Of a stretch of 64,000 nucleotides of DNA, positions 31,855 through 42,041 are shown in pieces; the stretch's first letter is position 1; every line of letters starts with the position of its first letter. Below the pieces are notes generated by a model that saw only the letters and a program-made list of their open reading frames with translations, made no database searches and was not told where the DNA came from. Made by a program: the position numbers and the translations under genes. The DNA lies in NCBI GenBank assembly GCA_965228475.1, contig OZ245817.1, positions 4,320,001 to 4,384,000 on the forward strand, written 5' to 3'. Source of the stretch: Myxococcota bacterium (GTDB lineage: Bacteria; Myxococcota_A; UBA9160; JAFDDA01).

Positions 31855-32835
31855 CTAGGAGGACGGGCCGGCCGCCCCCCGCCAGTGTGCCCGCAGCGCG
31901 ACTTCGGCAGTCTCCGCGTCCGCGTAGTCGGGCGAGGAGGCCATCTGTTCGAGAAAGGCGGCGATCACTTCGCACTCCGGCCCGGTGAAGTGAACGAAGC
32001 GGGACTTCGCGTAGTCCGAGTGCGGATTCAGCTCGTAGACGGTCGCATCGACAACGAACTCGTTCGAGGTGCGATGGAGATCCAGGGAAACCGAGAGGAA
32101 CGCTGGGAGGAAGAAGCGGAACGCCTCGGCACTGAAGAAGCTCATCCCGTCGTAGTTCCGGCAGAGCACCTCCTGCGGAATCCCCTGCCACGATTCCCAG
32201 GCTTCGAAAGGCAGGATCGCCGTCTCATCTCGCGAGTCCGGATGGAGCAGCGACCCGTTCGGTGGGCGCGGAACCTCGGCGAACACCTCGGCAATGCGCG
32301 CCTTCAACTCGTCCATCTGTCCTCCCTGGATCCGGCGAGCGATCGCGGCCGCGATCCGCTCCGGTGGTGACCCTGCCGTCGGCACGTGCGTGGCGAAGTC
32401 GTCGCTCCCGTGCGCGCGGCAACACTCCTCGGCCCGGCGATGGACCCAGGCGTAGTCCGGATCCTCCGCGGACTCCCCACGCGCGGCAAGGCGGCTCCGC
32501 ACGACATCGAGGGGCGCCGTGAGGCAGAAATGGAGCACCGGGCGCCCCGGCAAAGCCAACCCCTCGCGGAACTCCGCGAGTATGCTGCGATCGGAGAATG
32601 CCATCGGCACGATCACGGTGGAAGAGAGCACGCCCGTCGCCCGTGCGCCGAGAATGGACAAGCGCCGCCAGGCCGCGAGTTCCTGGAAGTCCGAGCGGTC
32701 GTAGCCCGGCATGCGCATGAGCGCGAGGCCGACCCACTCCGGGTCGAAGATTCGGGCCCGCGGCAGGAAGCGCCGCAGATGACGCGCGACGGTCGTCTTC
32801 CCGACGCCGAAGGAACCGTTCAGAAGGACGTACAC
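31855..32835 (-). CDS. P-loop kinase (TmrB-like) fused to a second small domain (DUF6714-like)
   Basis: GSFGVGKTT Walker A; internal GGAGG-ATG at 32316 starts the second domain. Confidence 0.7.
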   Translation of the reverse strand: MYVLLNGSFGVGKTTVARHLRRFLPRARIFDPEWVGLALMRMPGYDRSDFQELAAWRRLSILGARATGVLSSTVIVPMAFSDRSILAEFREGLALPGRPVLHFCLTAPLDVVRSRLAARGESAEDPDYAWVHRRAEECCRAHGSDDFATHVPTAGSPPERIAAAIARRIQGGQMDELKARIAEVFAEVPRPPNGSLLHPDSRDETAILPFEAWESWQGIPQEVLCRNYDGMSFFSAEAFRFFLPAFLSVSLDLHRTSNEFVVDATVYELNPHSDYAKSRFVHFTGPECEVIAAFLEQMASSPDYADAETAEVALRAHWRGAAGPSS

Positions 32836-32972
32836 GTGGAGTCCGTCTCACGAAGGGGCGATGGGGTCTCCCGCGGAAGGAGCCCCGAGAGGCTACCGGA
32901 TCTGCCTGGCCTCAGGGTACGATCCGGGCGCGAGGCCCGCGCGTGGTGGGCGCGAGGCAGCGGAGGCTCCCG

Positions 32973-33710
32973 GTGGCGAAGGTCTGGTTCGATGAGCAGG
33001 TCGCGGCGCGCTACGACGAGACGTCGGCCCACATGTACGAGAGCGCCGTGCTCGACCCGGCGGTCGATTTCCTCGCGGCCCTGGCCGGCGACGGCGGCGC
33101 CCTCGAGTTCGGCATCGGGACCGGCCGCATCGCGCTCCCGCTGGCCGAGCGCGGCGTGCGCGTCCACGGGATCGACAACTCCGAGCCCATGATCGAACGG
33201 CTGCGCCGCAAGCCCGGAGCGGAGCGGATCGCCTGCAGCGTGGGCGACTTCGCGACGACACGGGTCGAGGGCGAGTTCGCCCTCGCCTATCTCGTCTTCA
33301 ACACGATCACCAACCTCACGACCCAGGACGAGCAGGTCGCCTGCTTCCGGAACGCCGCGGCCCACCTCGCGCCGGGCGGCCGGTTCGTGATCGAGGTCTA
33401 CGTGCCCCAGCTCCGCCGCGTCCCGCCCGGCGAAACCGTCCGCCCGCACGACGTGAGCCCGACCCACCTCGGCTTCGACGAGTACACGGACTTCGTCGGA
33501 CAGATCCAGTACTCCCACCACTACTGGATCGACGGCGGAACGCTCCGCACCTTCTCGGCACCCTTCCGCTGGGTCTGGCCCTCGGAGCTCGACCTGATGG
33601 CCCGGCTCGCCGGACTCACCCTTCGCGAGCGTTACGCCGGATGGACGCGTGACCCCTTCACCGGCGAGAGCCCCGCCCACGTCTCGGTCTGGGAGAAGCC
33701 CGCCGAGTAG
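32973..33710 (+). CDS. Class I SAM-dependent methyltransferase
   Basis: LEFGIGTGR, GIDNS, LAPGGRFVIE. Confidence 0.9.
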   Translation: MAKVWFDEQVAARYDETSAHMYESAVLDPAVDFLAALAGDGGALEFGIGTGRIALPLAERGVRVHGIDNSEPMIERLRRKPGAERIACSVGDFATTRVEGEFALAYLVFNTITNLTTQDEQVACFRNAAAHLAPGGRFVIEVYVPQLRRVPPGETVRPHDVSPTHLGFDEYTDFVGQIQYSHHYWIDGGTLRTFSAPFRWVWPSELDLMARLAGLTLRERYAGWTRDPFTGESPAHVSVWEKPAE

Positions 33711-33726
33711 CGAGCACCGTCTCGCC

Positions 33727-34179
33727 TCAGGCCGAGAACCGGCTCGGGTCGATCTCGTGGGTGGCATCGGGTGAGTCGACGCGCTCGAATCCGATCGCCT
33801 CGTAGAACCGCATCGCACCGGGATCGTTCGTTCGCAGACGCACGGAGACGTAGTAGCCCTGAGCGCGTGCGAGCACCCGCGCCACCAGGAGCCGCGCGAC
33901 GCCCCGCCGGCGCGCATCCGGAGAGACGTAGAGTCGGCGCACCCGACCGACCGAACCATCCGTGGCGAACGGATCGCGGTTCAATCCGCAAACACCGACG
34001 AGACGTCCTTCGGCGTGGGCTGCGAAGAGCACCTCGCCCGGGCCGTCGAAACGATTCTCACCGGATGCCCAATCGTCGCCCAGCCTCACCAGGTGCCGGT
34101 ACCCTTCGCGAACGCTGGCGGCGGCCAGCGCCTCGAAGCCGGCGGGAAGCTCTCGAAGGCTCTCGACCTCGATCTCCAT
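33727..34179 (-). CDS. GNAT N-acetyltransferase
   Basis: RRLYV...RRRGVAR, FYEAIGF. Confidence 0.88.
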   Translation of the reverse strand: MEIEVESLRELPAGFEALAAASVREGYRHLVRLGDDWASGENRFDGPGEVLFAAHAEGRLVGVCGLNRDPFATDGSVGRVRRLYVSPDARRRGVARLLVARVLARAQGYYVSVRLRTNDPGAMRFYEAIGFERVDSPDATHEIDPSRFSA

Positions 34180-34204
34180 GGCGGCGCCCCCCGCTCCATG
34201 CGGG

Positions 34205-34663
34205 TCAGGCGCCCTTCCGGCGCTTCTTCGAGAGGTGGTACGTGAGCGCTCTCGCGATGCAGAACGAGATCTCCTCCTTCGGGAGCTCGTCCCCTGTTTC
34301 GAAGACGATCGCGCGGTTGCCCTCGAAGCGCAGCCGATCCGCGAACAGCCCACGGAACTCCTCGACGAGGCTCGTCTGGCAGTGGAAGTACATCGCGTAC
34401 TCGTCGGGCCTCGAGCGCTTCCAACCGATCCGGATCGTCGTCCCGGCTTTCGTCTCGGGCGTCAGGTAGGCCGGCTCGCCCCACCGGAGCGCCTCCTCGA
34501 CCCGCCCTACCCCGTCGGTCGCCTTCGCCGTCGCGAAGACGAGCTTCCTCAACTCGAGGAGTCGGCGACGGATCTTCGGCGGATAGCCCGCGAAAACCGC
34601 GGACACCTCTTCGTTCGCGAAGGAAGCCACCGGGGCGCTAGCCGAGCGCCGGAGTGACGGCAC
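34205..34663 (-). CDS. DUF1801 (YdhG-like) protein
   Basis: EEALRWGEPAYL, YFHCQT, ALTYH. Confidence 0.8.
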   Translation of the reverse strand: MPSLRRSASAPVASFANEEVSAVFAGYPPKIRRRLLELRKLVFATAKATDGVGRVEEALRWGEPAYLTPETKAGTTIRIGWKRSRPDEYAMYFHCQTSLVEEFRGLFADRLRFEGNRAIVFETGDELPKEEISFCIARALTYHLSKKRRKGA

Positions 34664-35195
34664 GGATGAACGATACCTGGAGGGCCGTCAGGAGAACCAG
34701 ACCGCCCCAGTGGACCTTTTCGTTCGAGGAGAAGCTCAGCGCGATCAGCATCGCGACGGCGGCGAGGCGAACGGCCTGCCCGACGTGGAGGGTCGCCTCG
34801 ACCAGGGCGAACTCCGCGAGGGTGCCGAGCGCGACCCAGGCGGCCATGAGGAGGAAGATCGCACGACAGACCGAGAAGTAGTGCGCTCGGGGTTCCGCCC
34901 GGTCCGTCGCGCCTGCCGGAGGAAGGACGATCCCCGCGGCGCCGACCAGGGGCAGCAGGGGCAGCAGCGCGAGCAGGAAACTCCCGAAGTTCCAGTGAAC
35001 GGCCCGGAAGCCCCAGTAGCCCCACACGGTCTGCAGGAGCGCACCGAGGAGGAGAACCGAAACGGCGAGCTGCAGCGGAAACGGCCGAGCCTCGGAACGG
35101 TCGAGATACTGGCGCCCCCAACCGGAGAGGATCTCCGAAGCGCCGAAGGCGACGATGAAGGACATCAGGACGATGACGTACTCGAACTGGGACAC
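34638..35195 (-). CDS. Hypothetical membrane protein, same family as cassette 46475-47029
   Basis: SQFEYVIVLMSFIVAFG vs SLFEFIMVLESIVVGLG; shared R-x-HYF. Confidence 0.7.
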   Translation of the reverse strand: MSQFEYVIVLMSFIVAFGASEILSGWGRQYLDRSEARPFPLQLAVSVLLLGALLQTVWGYWGFRAVHWNFGSFLLALLPLLPLVGAAGIVLPPAGATDRAEPRAHYFSVCRAIFLLMAAWVALGTLAEFALVEATLHVGQAVRLAAVAMLIALSFSSNEKVHWGGLVLLTALQVSFIRAVTPALG

Positions 35196-35238
35196 GCCGG
35201 AAAATTCTATCACGCCGCCGCCGGGCTAGACTCGCGGC

Positions 35239-35613
35239 ATGAGGAAGCAGTACCACCCGCTCCCCTCGGAGAAGGGCCTTCTCGTCTGGGACGTGGACCG
35301 GCTGGTCGAGCTCTCCCGGGACTTCCCCGTCGAGACCGTCGCGCTCGAAGACATCTGGGAGCTCGATCGCGTGCGCTGGTTCGACGAGACCCACCCGCCG
35401 ACGCCGAGGGCGCTCCTCGAGCACATCCGGCTGATCGAAGAGGCGGACCTCTCCTATCCGATCATCCTCGGGGCCGATGGCCGCGTCATGGACGGCATGC
35501 ACCGGATCCTGCGCGCGCTGCTCCGGGGCGAGACGCGAATCCAGGCGCGCCGCTTCACCGTCGATCCGGAGCCCGACTACGTCGGCGTGAGCCTCGACGA
35601 CCTGCCCTACTGA
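35239..35613 (+). CDS. Small ParB/Srx-like domain protein
   Basis: ADLSYPII...VMDGMHR. Confidence 0.7.
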   Translation: MRKQYHPLPSEKGLLVWDVDRLVELSRDFPVETVALEDIWELDRVRWFDETHPPTPRALLEHIRLIEEADLSYPIILGADGRVMDGMHRILRALLRGETRIQARRFTVDPEPDYVGVSLDDLPY

Positions 35614-36059
35614 CCGCGCCCGGCTTCGGCCCCCACGCGCTCGAAGCGAAGATCGGAACCCGCGGTGTCGCTCGCCGAGAGCGCGATGGCACTCTCCTCC
35701 GCCCGCACCGTGATGGCGACCTGGGGCTCCCCGCCCGGCGCGGGCGGAATCCCGACGACGACGAACTCCCCCAGGAAGTGGTTCTGCGCGACCAACCCGG
35801 CGGTGCCGCGGAAGAGCGTCAGGGAAATCTCGTCCTGATCGTCGATGGCCGTGCTGAAGGTGTTCGTCGCTTCACACGGGACCCGGCAGCCGGCCTCGAG
35901 CAGCGGCGTGAAGACCCCGCCGAGCGTCTCGATCCCGACCGACTGGACCAGCTCGCCTTCCTCGATCGCGGGCGAGTTGGGCTCGACGGTCAGGGTGGCA
36001 ACCTGGCTCCCGGGAGCGCAGGCCACGAAGAGCAGCAACAGGGCGAGTCGTTGGGTCAC
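35607..36059 (-). CDS. Lipoprotein with stand-alone Hsp70 substrate-binding beta domain
   Basis: Lipobox-like FVAC; SVGIETLGGVFT...FSTAIDDQ...GIPPAPGGEPQV aligns by eye to this window's DnaK. Confidence 0.75.
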   Translation of the reverse strand: MTQRLALLLLFVACAPGSQVATLTVEPNSPAIEEGELVQSVGIETLGGVFTPLLEAGCRVPCEATNTFSTAIDDQDEISLTLFRGTAGLVAQNHFLGEFVVVGIPPAPGGEPQVAITVRAEESAIALSASDTAGSDLRFERVGAEAGRGQ

Positions 36060-36568
36060 GGTTCTCTTGCCTCCAGGAACAGCAGGATCAAGGCGCCGAA
36101 CATCGCGCCCGCGACGCAGGAATGCCACGTGAGCGAGACGAGGTAGATGAAGCGGAGTGAGTCCAGGCCCCCGAACACAGCGAATGCGACCTGCGCCGCG
36201 ATCACGAGGAGGCCGCCGAGGAAGAGCACCGTACCGGACGCAGTACTCAAGGGATTGGCGTTCTCGCCCGCCGCCCGGAGGGGGATGATCCGTCGCGCTC
36301 CGAGGACGTAGTGGAAGGAGTGGGCCGCCGCGTACGCGAGGTTGGCGCCCACCCAGAGCGCACGTTCGTTCCTCATGATCTGCTCGAGTACCTGGGGAAG
36401 GAGCGCGAAGAACACCACCAGGGCAGAGGTCTCGAGGAGTGAGAGGAGCGCGAGGCGATCGGCCTCGGCCCAAGGGCCGGAGACGCGCGACCGGAGCGTG
36501 GCGGCGATGGCGCTGAAGCCCGCGATCGCGATTCCGATCTCTGCGAAGTTGCGAAGCGTCTCGAACAT
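36056..36568 (-). CDS. Hypothetical membrane protein
   Basis: AEIGIAIAGFSAI; similar to 38303-38782. Confidence 0.65.
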   Translation of the reverse strand: MFETLRNFAEIGIAIAGFSAIAATLRSRVSGPWAEADRLALLSLLETSALVVFFALLPQVLEQIMRNERALWVGANLAYAAAHSFHYVLGARRIIPLRAAGENANPLSTASGTVLFLGGLLVIAAQVAFAVFGGLDSLRFIYLVSLTWHSCVAGAMFGALILLFLEAREP

Positions 36569-36601
36569 GTCGTCGGGCCCGACTCCCGGTATGCGAGGAC
36601 C

Positions 36602-37039
36602 CTACCAAACCCCGCGGCGGCGCAGCCTCCGTACCTGTTCCCGCGTCAGCTGCGGCAAGGCGTCGTGGATCTCGTACCACGGAGCCTTGCCCTCGACGAA
36701 GATGTGCCGATCGGGGGTGAGGTCGGCCCCTGCCTCGAGCAACCCCGCCGGGATCTCGAACCAGCTCGCACCCGCGGGCGGGTCGGGCACGGGCGAGCCG
36801 CAGCGCGAGCAGAAGGCCGTGCGGTAGGCCGGGGGCTTCTCCCGGACCGGAGCTTCGTAGGTGCAAATCAACTCGGCGCCCGACAGCAGTCGGAAGTCTT
36901 CGATTCGGACGCCGAGCCCGGCGACGAAGGCCGAACCGGAGGCCTTTCGGCACCTCGGGCAGTGACAGAGTTCGAATGGACCCACGGCTTCGTCGAGCTC
37001 GAAGGTCACGCCGCCGCAGAGACACGCGCCCCGGATCAT
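36602..37039 (-). CDS. GFA/CENP-V family protein
   Basis: GACLCG, CHCPRCRK, FCSRCGS. Confidence 0.9.
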   Translation of the reverse strand: MIRGACLCGGVTFELDEAVGPFELCHCPRCRKASGSAFVAGLGVRIEDFRLLSGAELICTYEAPVREKPPAYRTAFCSRCGSPVPDPPAGASWFEIPAGLLEAGADLTPDRHIFVEGKAPWYEIHDALPQLTREQVRRLRRRGVW

Positions 37040-37091
37040 CGGCCCGACTCCTTCCCCTGCGGCCCGCCGCCCCGCTACCCGCGCAGCCGCG

Positions 37092-37529
37092 TCAACGGGC
37101 CTCGCGGTCCAGCTTCTCGATCCGCGCGACGTGACGCCCGCCCTCGAAGGGATGCGAGAGCCAGACCTCGACGATCCGCAGCGCCAGGTCCTCGGTGAGG
37201 AGGCGCTCGCCCAGCGAGATCATGTTCGCATCGTTGTGGGCGCGCGCGAGCCGCGCCGTCTCCTCGCTCCAGCACAGGGCGCAGCGGACCCCGCGCACCC
37301 GGTTCGCGGCCATCGCCTCGCCGTTGCCCGAACCGCCGAGAACGATCCCCCGCTCGCACTCTCCGCGAGCCACGGCCTGCGCGGCGGGCCCGATGAAGTC
37401 CGGGTAGTCGACCGACGTCTCGGAATCCGTCCCGAAATCGCGCACCTCGTAGCCGCGCTCCCGAAGGAAACCCACGAGAACAGCCTTGTAGCGGAACCCC
37501 GCATGATCCGAAGCGATCGCGATGCGCAT
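37092..37529 (-). CDS. rpiB: Ribose-5-phosphate isomerase B
   Basis: IASDHAG, DYPD, GGSGNGE, HNDAN, FEGGRH. Confidence 0.93.
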   Translation of the reverse strand: MRIAIASDHAGFRYKAVLVGFLRERGYEVRDFGTDSETSVDYPDFIGPAAQAVARGECERGIVLGGSGNGEAMAANRVRGVRCALCWSEETARLARAHNDANMISLGERLLTEDLALRIVEVWLSHPFEGGRHVARIEKLDREAR

Positions 37530-38123
37530 CTACCCGCTCGCCCCGCACGGCCCCAGGCCGACCAACACCCCGACCCGATCGCGCTTGCCGCCGAGGACGA
37601 CGTAGAAGACGTTCGTCGCCGTGTTCAGGCCTTCGTACTTCTCGAGCATCTGATCGAGCAGCGCGTCGTACCGCTCCTTCGGGAGCGCGTCGACGCGGGT
37701 CGCAGCGGCGCATGCCTGGCGGAGCTGGCCGTTGCGGGTCATCGAGATCGGAGCGCCCGCGAGCAAGCGGCTCGCAGCTTCCGGAGGCGCGTCGTAGTAC
37801 ATGAGCGGCCCGTCGCTCCCGTCGAGCACCCAGACTCTGGCAGTGTGCGCCCCCTCGATCTCGAGCTGAACCACCTCGCCCGATTCCCAGGTCGACTCGA
37901 CGTACTTCCAGGCCGCACCCCAACACCCCGCCCACACCCCGATGACCGTCACCGCGAGCATCGCGTCGCGCGGCGAAGGCCGGCGCAGGAACTTGATCAG
38001 AAGAAACACGCCGAGGCCGACACCGAGCCACGCGAGCAGCCCGTTGCGGTCGATCGCGAGGAAGGCCGCTGCGAGGAGCAGCCCGGCGGCAGCCCCAAGG
38101 GCGGCCCATCGGCTAGCACTCAT
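37530..38123 (-). CDS. Hypothetical membrane protein
   Basis: Three N-terminal TM helices plus soluble domain. Confidence 0.6.
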   Translation of the reverse strand: MSASRWAALGAAAGLLLAAAFLAIDRNGLLAWLGVGLGVFLLIKFLRRPSPRDAMLAVTVIGVWAGCWGAAWKYVESTWESGEVVQLEIEGAHTARVWVLDGSDGPLMYYDAPPEAASRLLAGAPISMTRNGQLRQACAAATRVDALPKERYDALLDQMLEKYEGLNTATNVFYVVLGGKRDRVGVLVGLGPCGASG

Positions 38124-38302
38124 GAAGCCCTCGACGACGGTCCTTCATCGGGGAATCGCACTCCCGGGTGAGATGCCGGTGACGCGCCCCGGCCAAGCGC
38201 CGGCATCCTAACACGCCCCTTCGGGCTTGAGGCGGATGCGGGATCCAGGCGGCAGGGGACGCACGAACGGAACGAGGGGAGACTTGCGTTCGACCGGAGC
38301 GT

Positions 38303-38782
38303 TCAATTCGAGGAGTCCAGGGCGCTCCCGAGCGTAAGGACACCTGCCAGCAGGTACCAGACAAGCCCGGCAAGGAAGACTCCATAGTCGGAGAACGGCT
38401 GTCCGACTGCATTGAGCGTTTGGAGAACCGTGTTGATTCCCCCGATCGTGAGAACCGCGGCAGTCACTACGCCAGATCGAATGTGCTCTTCGTGCACCGC
38501 CGACCCGAGCTTCAGGTACCACCCGGCATTGAACAGGGCCATCAGGGCGCTGCAGATTCTGAACTGGTAGTCGGGGTGCAGATTGGTCGTTGAGAGGAGG
38601 ACATGAAGCAAGCTCAAGAACAACGCGCCAAAGCAGATGCTGAGAAGTGAGTAGAGTCTCCACCTGGCGTCTTCGTCGCGGACCCGAATCGGCCGGATCG
38701 AGATGGCGACCGACGCGAATCCCGCGAGCATCAGCGAAAGCTGCGCAAGGGCCAGCGAGAGGTCCGAGTCCGTCGTCGTCAC
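38303..38782 (-). CDS. Hypothetical membrane protein
   Basis: LAQLSLMLAGFASV; similar to 36056-36568. Confidence 0.65.
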   Translation of the reverse strand: MTTTDSDLSLALAQLSLMLAGFASVAISIRPIRVRDEDARWRLYSLLSICFGALFLSLLHVLLSTTNLHPDYQFRICSALMALFNAGWYLKLGSAVHEEHIRSGVVTAAVLTIGGINTVLQTLNAVGQPFSDYGVFLAGLVWYLLAGVLTLGSALDSSN

Positions 38783-38858
38783 CTACTTCCTCCAGAACGG
38801 TTCAACCCGAGGTCGAACTCTCTGCAGAAGGCTGGTGCGACTCATCCGGCGACCAGCG

Positions 38859-39383
38859 TCAGGCACCGCGCTGCGGCCTGGCAAGGAACTCCTGCCAGCG
38901 CGCGTCGGTCTCGGGGTCCCGGGTGGCGTCGGCAAGCTGCGCTTCCACGAAGGACGTGAAGCTCTCGGAGAACGGAGCGGGGCTCGCATGCCACCAGTCC
39001 CGAACGCCGGGATGGGAGAGCCACCAGCGGATCGTGGCCGACCAGCGCGCCCAGATCTCCTCCGGGATGGCTCCGGCCCTGGCTTGATGGAAGATGAACT
39101 CGAAGGCGCCGAATGCCTCCACGAACCACCAGGTGAACTGGATTCGCTCCTGGGGCGAGAGGGATTGGATGTCGGCAACGCCTCGGGCGTGGAGGGTCGC
39201 CAGCTCCGGATCCTGACTGAGAGCCGATTGCGTTGCAGAGATCCGATCGACCACGCGCGCGAAGTTCTCGGCGCGAATCGAGTCCGTGTTCTGACGGACC
39301 TGGATCGCGAGGTAGACGAGCGAGAAGATGACGACGATTCCGCCGATGAACTCCCCGAGGTCTGCGAGATCTCCGAGCTCCAG
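38859..39383 (-). CDS. Hypothetical protein with N-terminal TM helix (start uncertain)
   Basis: LGEFIGGIVVIFSLVYLAIQVRQNT...PGVRDWW. Confidence 0.65.
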   Translation of the reverse strand: MELGDLADLGEFIGGIVVIFSLVYLAIQVRQNTDSIRAENFARVVDRISATQSALSQDPELATLHARGVADIQSLSPQERIQFTWWFVEAFGAFEFIFHQARAGAIPEEIWARWSATIRWWLSHPGVRDWWHASPAPFSESFTSFVEAQLADATRDPETDARWQEFLARPQRGA

Positions 39384-39654
39384 CGTTGCCCCCGCGCCGA
39401 GCGGACCCGGACCCAGGCCCGACGCGCGGAAGGCTACCAAACATGAATTGGGGCGCCCTGTTGAGCCTCCGGCCGCAGCGCCTTGTTGCGCTGCCCGCCT
39501 CGTGGGATGATCGAAGGGGTCTGCGGGCGGGCCGCGCAACCGAAGGAGAGCGCCGATGGGACGAAGGATCTCGCGACGGAGCCTCCTCGCGGGCGCTGCG
39601 GGGACGCTGGCGTGGGCAGGTTCCGCTTCATGGAACACCGCAAGGGGAGCGACC

Positions 39655-40215
39655 ATGACTCCGAAGTTCGAGTTGGAGCGGTTCATCGAGGAACTCGAGC
39701 AAGCGAACGGCGAGAGCGAACCCCAATCCGCGATCGACGAAGTGCTGGCCCGGACGGTCGCCGACCCGTCGAAGGTGCTGGCGGGCCTGGGAGAGCCGAG
39801 CGCTGCCGGGCTGCACACGCTCTACCACTCCCGCAGCCTCACTGTTCTCAACGTGGTCTGGGCGCCTCTCATGATTCTGATGCCGCACAACCACGAGATG
39901 TGGGCGTCCATCGGGATCTACACCGGACGCGAGGACAACATCCTCTGGGAACGGCGGGGCGGCGTCGTGGAAGCCACGGGTGCCGCGTCCTTGTCCGAGA
40001 AAGAGGTCTTCCCCCTACCGGAAGATGCGATTCACTCCGTCTCCAACCCGATCCGCCGACTCACCGGCGCAATTCACGTCTACGGCGGCGACTTCTTCGA
40101 AGTGCCGGGACGAAGCGAATGGGATCCCGAGACGCTTGCCGAGCGCGAACTGGACCTGGATGCCGCCCGTGAGCGGTTCAAGGAAGCGAGCGACCGCTTC
40201 GATTCGAACCCGTAG
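39655..40215 (+). CDS. Cysteine dioxygenase-like cupin
   Basis: PHNH, GREDN, IHSVSNP, AIHVYGGD; GGAG RBS. Confidence 0.8.
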   Translation: MTPKFELERFIEELEQANGESEPQSAIDEVLARTVADPSKVLAGLGEPSAAGLHTLYHSRSLTVLNVVWAPLMILMPHNHEMWASIGIYTGREDNILWERRGGVVEATGAASLSEKEVFPLPEDAIHSVSNPIRRLTGAIHVYGGDFFEVPGRSEWDPETLAERELDLDAARERFKEASDRFDSNP

Positions 40216-40533
40216 TCAGACGAGCCCACCGGCCAAGGCCCGATAGACGAGGGCGCCGACGGCCACCGCGGCGAGCGATACCAGGCCGGTCCCGACTGCC
40301 AGACCGATGCGCGACCCGATCGGGACCCCCTTCTCGGTCAGGGCTGCCGCGATTACGCCCACGCAGGCGGGGACGACCAGGAAGGGCCCGCTGAGATAGA
40401 GCGGCATGTCCGGGCCGTACTCGAGGAAGGCGAACACGGGAAAGATGAAGAGTCCCGTGACGAACGATACGGCGACGCTCCAACCGAGAACGCTGGCAGG
40501 AACGGTCGGACGCGGATCGCGCTCACTACTCAA
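40216..40533 (-). CDS. Small membrane protein
   Basis: Three hydrophobic helices. Confidence 0.5.
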   Translation of the reverse strand: MSSERDPRPTVPASVLGWSVAVSFVTGLFIFPVFAFLEYGPDMPLYLSGPFLVVPACVGVIAAALTEKGVPIGSRIGLAVGTGLVSLAAVAVGALVYRALAGGLV

Positions 40534-40626
40534 TGTTGGACTCTCCGGCGTTCAGCCCATTCCAGGGCACGGACGGCGTACGCCCCAGAACAGTACCACG
40601 AGCCGATTCGAATGAGCTGTGGGGCG

Positions 40627-41382
40627 TCAGCCGCGACGACTCGTGACACGGCGCTGATTCCGGAGGAGCGGCGCGAGATCCAGCGGTGGAGACCAGGGGT
40701 TCTGGAACCTGTAGCCAGGCGGGATGGAAACGCGCGGGTCGACTTTGGGGCCCATGCGACCCATGCCGAAGACGATCGGTCGGGCAGGCGAGTCGAGGTA
40801 CTCGGAAACTCCGGGAAGCGAGGCGACCCGAGAACGGAGCGCGACGAGTTCTTCGAACTCGGCGAGGACCGCCGGAAAGTACGCGTCGACCTCGTCGAGG
40901 AAGCAGAACGCGACGCAGTCCACGTGGCCGAACTCGGCGCCGAACCAGCTCGTGGAAGCGTCTCGATCCCGACAGAGCGAAGCCGACAGCATCTTCAGGC
41001 GCGGCTCGAGGGTCGCCTCCGCATAGGATTCGAGATGGGCGTAGTAGTCCTCGACCCAGTTGAAGCGCCAAAGGTCTTCCTGGAACGTGGCGATCGCGTC
41101 GTGCGCGGCGTCGAGCTGCGCGCGCGCCAGATCGTCGCGGGCGCCCTGGGTGAGTTTCTTCCCGAGGTATCTCAGGATCGCGTGGCTCTCGCAGAGAAGC
41201 ACGCCATCCGTTTCGAAGATGGGCAGGCCACCGAAGGGCAGCCCGGGCTTGAGCGCTTCCCATTCATCCGCCGAGACGACCCGGTGGTCTTCGAACTCCG
41301 TCTGCGTGGCATGCAGGAGAATACGGATCGCCTCGGCCCGGCCGCGCATCTCGAAGTAGGCGAGCCGCGGATGCATCGTCAT
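40627..41382 (-). CDS. Glutathione S-transferase
   Basis: YFEMRGRAEAIR, PFGGLP, ESHAILRYLG. Confidence 0.88.
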   Translation of the reverse strand: MTMHPRLAYFEMRGRAEAIRILLHATQTEFEDHRVVSADEWEALKPGLPFGGLPIFETDGVLLCESHAILRYLGKKLTQGARDDLARAQLDAAHDAIATFQEDLWRFNWVEDYYAHLESYAEATLEPRLKMLSASLCRDRDASTSWFGAEFGHVDCVAFCFLDEVDAYFPAVLAEFEELVALRSRVASLPGVSEYLDSPARPIVFGMGRMGPKVDPRVSIPPGYRFQNPWSPPLDLAPLLRNQRRVTSRRG

Positions 41383-41423
41383 CTCCCTAGACGCCGTGGC
41401 CGCGCGCCGACGAGGCCACGCGC

Positions 41424-41906
41424 CTAGAGCCAGCGACGAACACGATTCTTGTACGACAGATAGGTTTCACCGAACTTCCGTTCGAGGTACGTCTCTTCGG
41501 GAAGAATGACGAACCGCTGGAGAAGCCACGCTGCAACCGGAGTGAGCACGAGGATCCACCAGTTCATGAGGACGACGGAGAACCCGATGCAGACGAGTAC
41601 CATCTGCAGGTACATCGGGTTTCGAGTCACGCGAAACGGGCCGCGCTCCTCGATGTGCGGTGTAGGCTTCCACGGATTCTCGCTCTGCCCACCCTGCCGA
41701 AACAGCACCACGGGCCACAGGCCTAGCACGAGAATCGCGCCGGCCACGATCGCTCCCCCGAGCCAGTAGCGTTCGGGGCTCGGGAAGCTGAAGCCCAGGT
41801 GGATGGGCCAGAGCCAGTTCAGACCGACGCCGAGCAGGATCGCCGCCAAGGGAATACCGGGCGGGAAGACGCGTACCGCAGCAGCATCGACGGGCTCCGA
41901 TGTCAT
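41424..41906 (-). CDS. Isoprenylcysteine carboxyl methyltransferase family
   Basis: GPFRVTRNPMY, EETYLERKFG, VRRWL. Confidence 0.88.
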   Translation of the reverse strand: MTSEPVDAAAVRVFPPGIPLAAILLGVGLNWLWPIHLGFSFPSPERYWLGGAIVAGAILVLGLWPVVLFRQGGQSENPWKPTPHIEERGPFRVTRNPMYLQMVLVCIGFSVVLMNWWILVLTPVAAWLLQRFVILPEETYLERKFGETYLSYKNRVRRWL

Positions 41907-41907
41907 C

Positions 41908-42041
41908 CGGATCTGGCCCCCGTGTTCAGCAGCGCCGACGGCGCTGACGCTCAGCGCTGCACCGCCGAGACCGACGCCAGAATCCTACCACGCAACACTT
42001 GGGCACGAGCCTGTCGCGTCCGCTGTAGTGCTTCGCTAGGC
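41908..42041 (-). repeat. Degenerate attC (main family; both cores eroded)
   Basis: Central part matches the family; ends read cggatctggcc and gctaggc. Confidence 0.8.
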
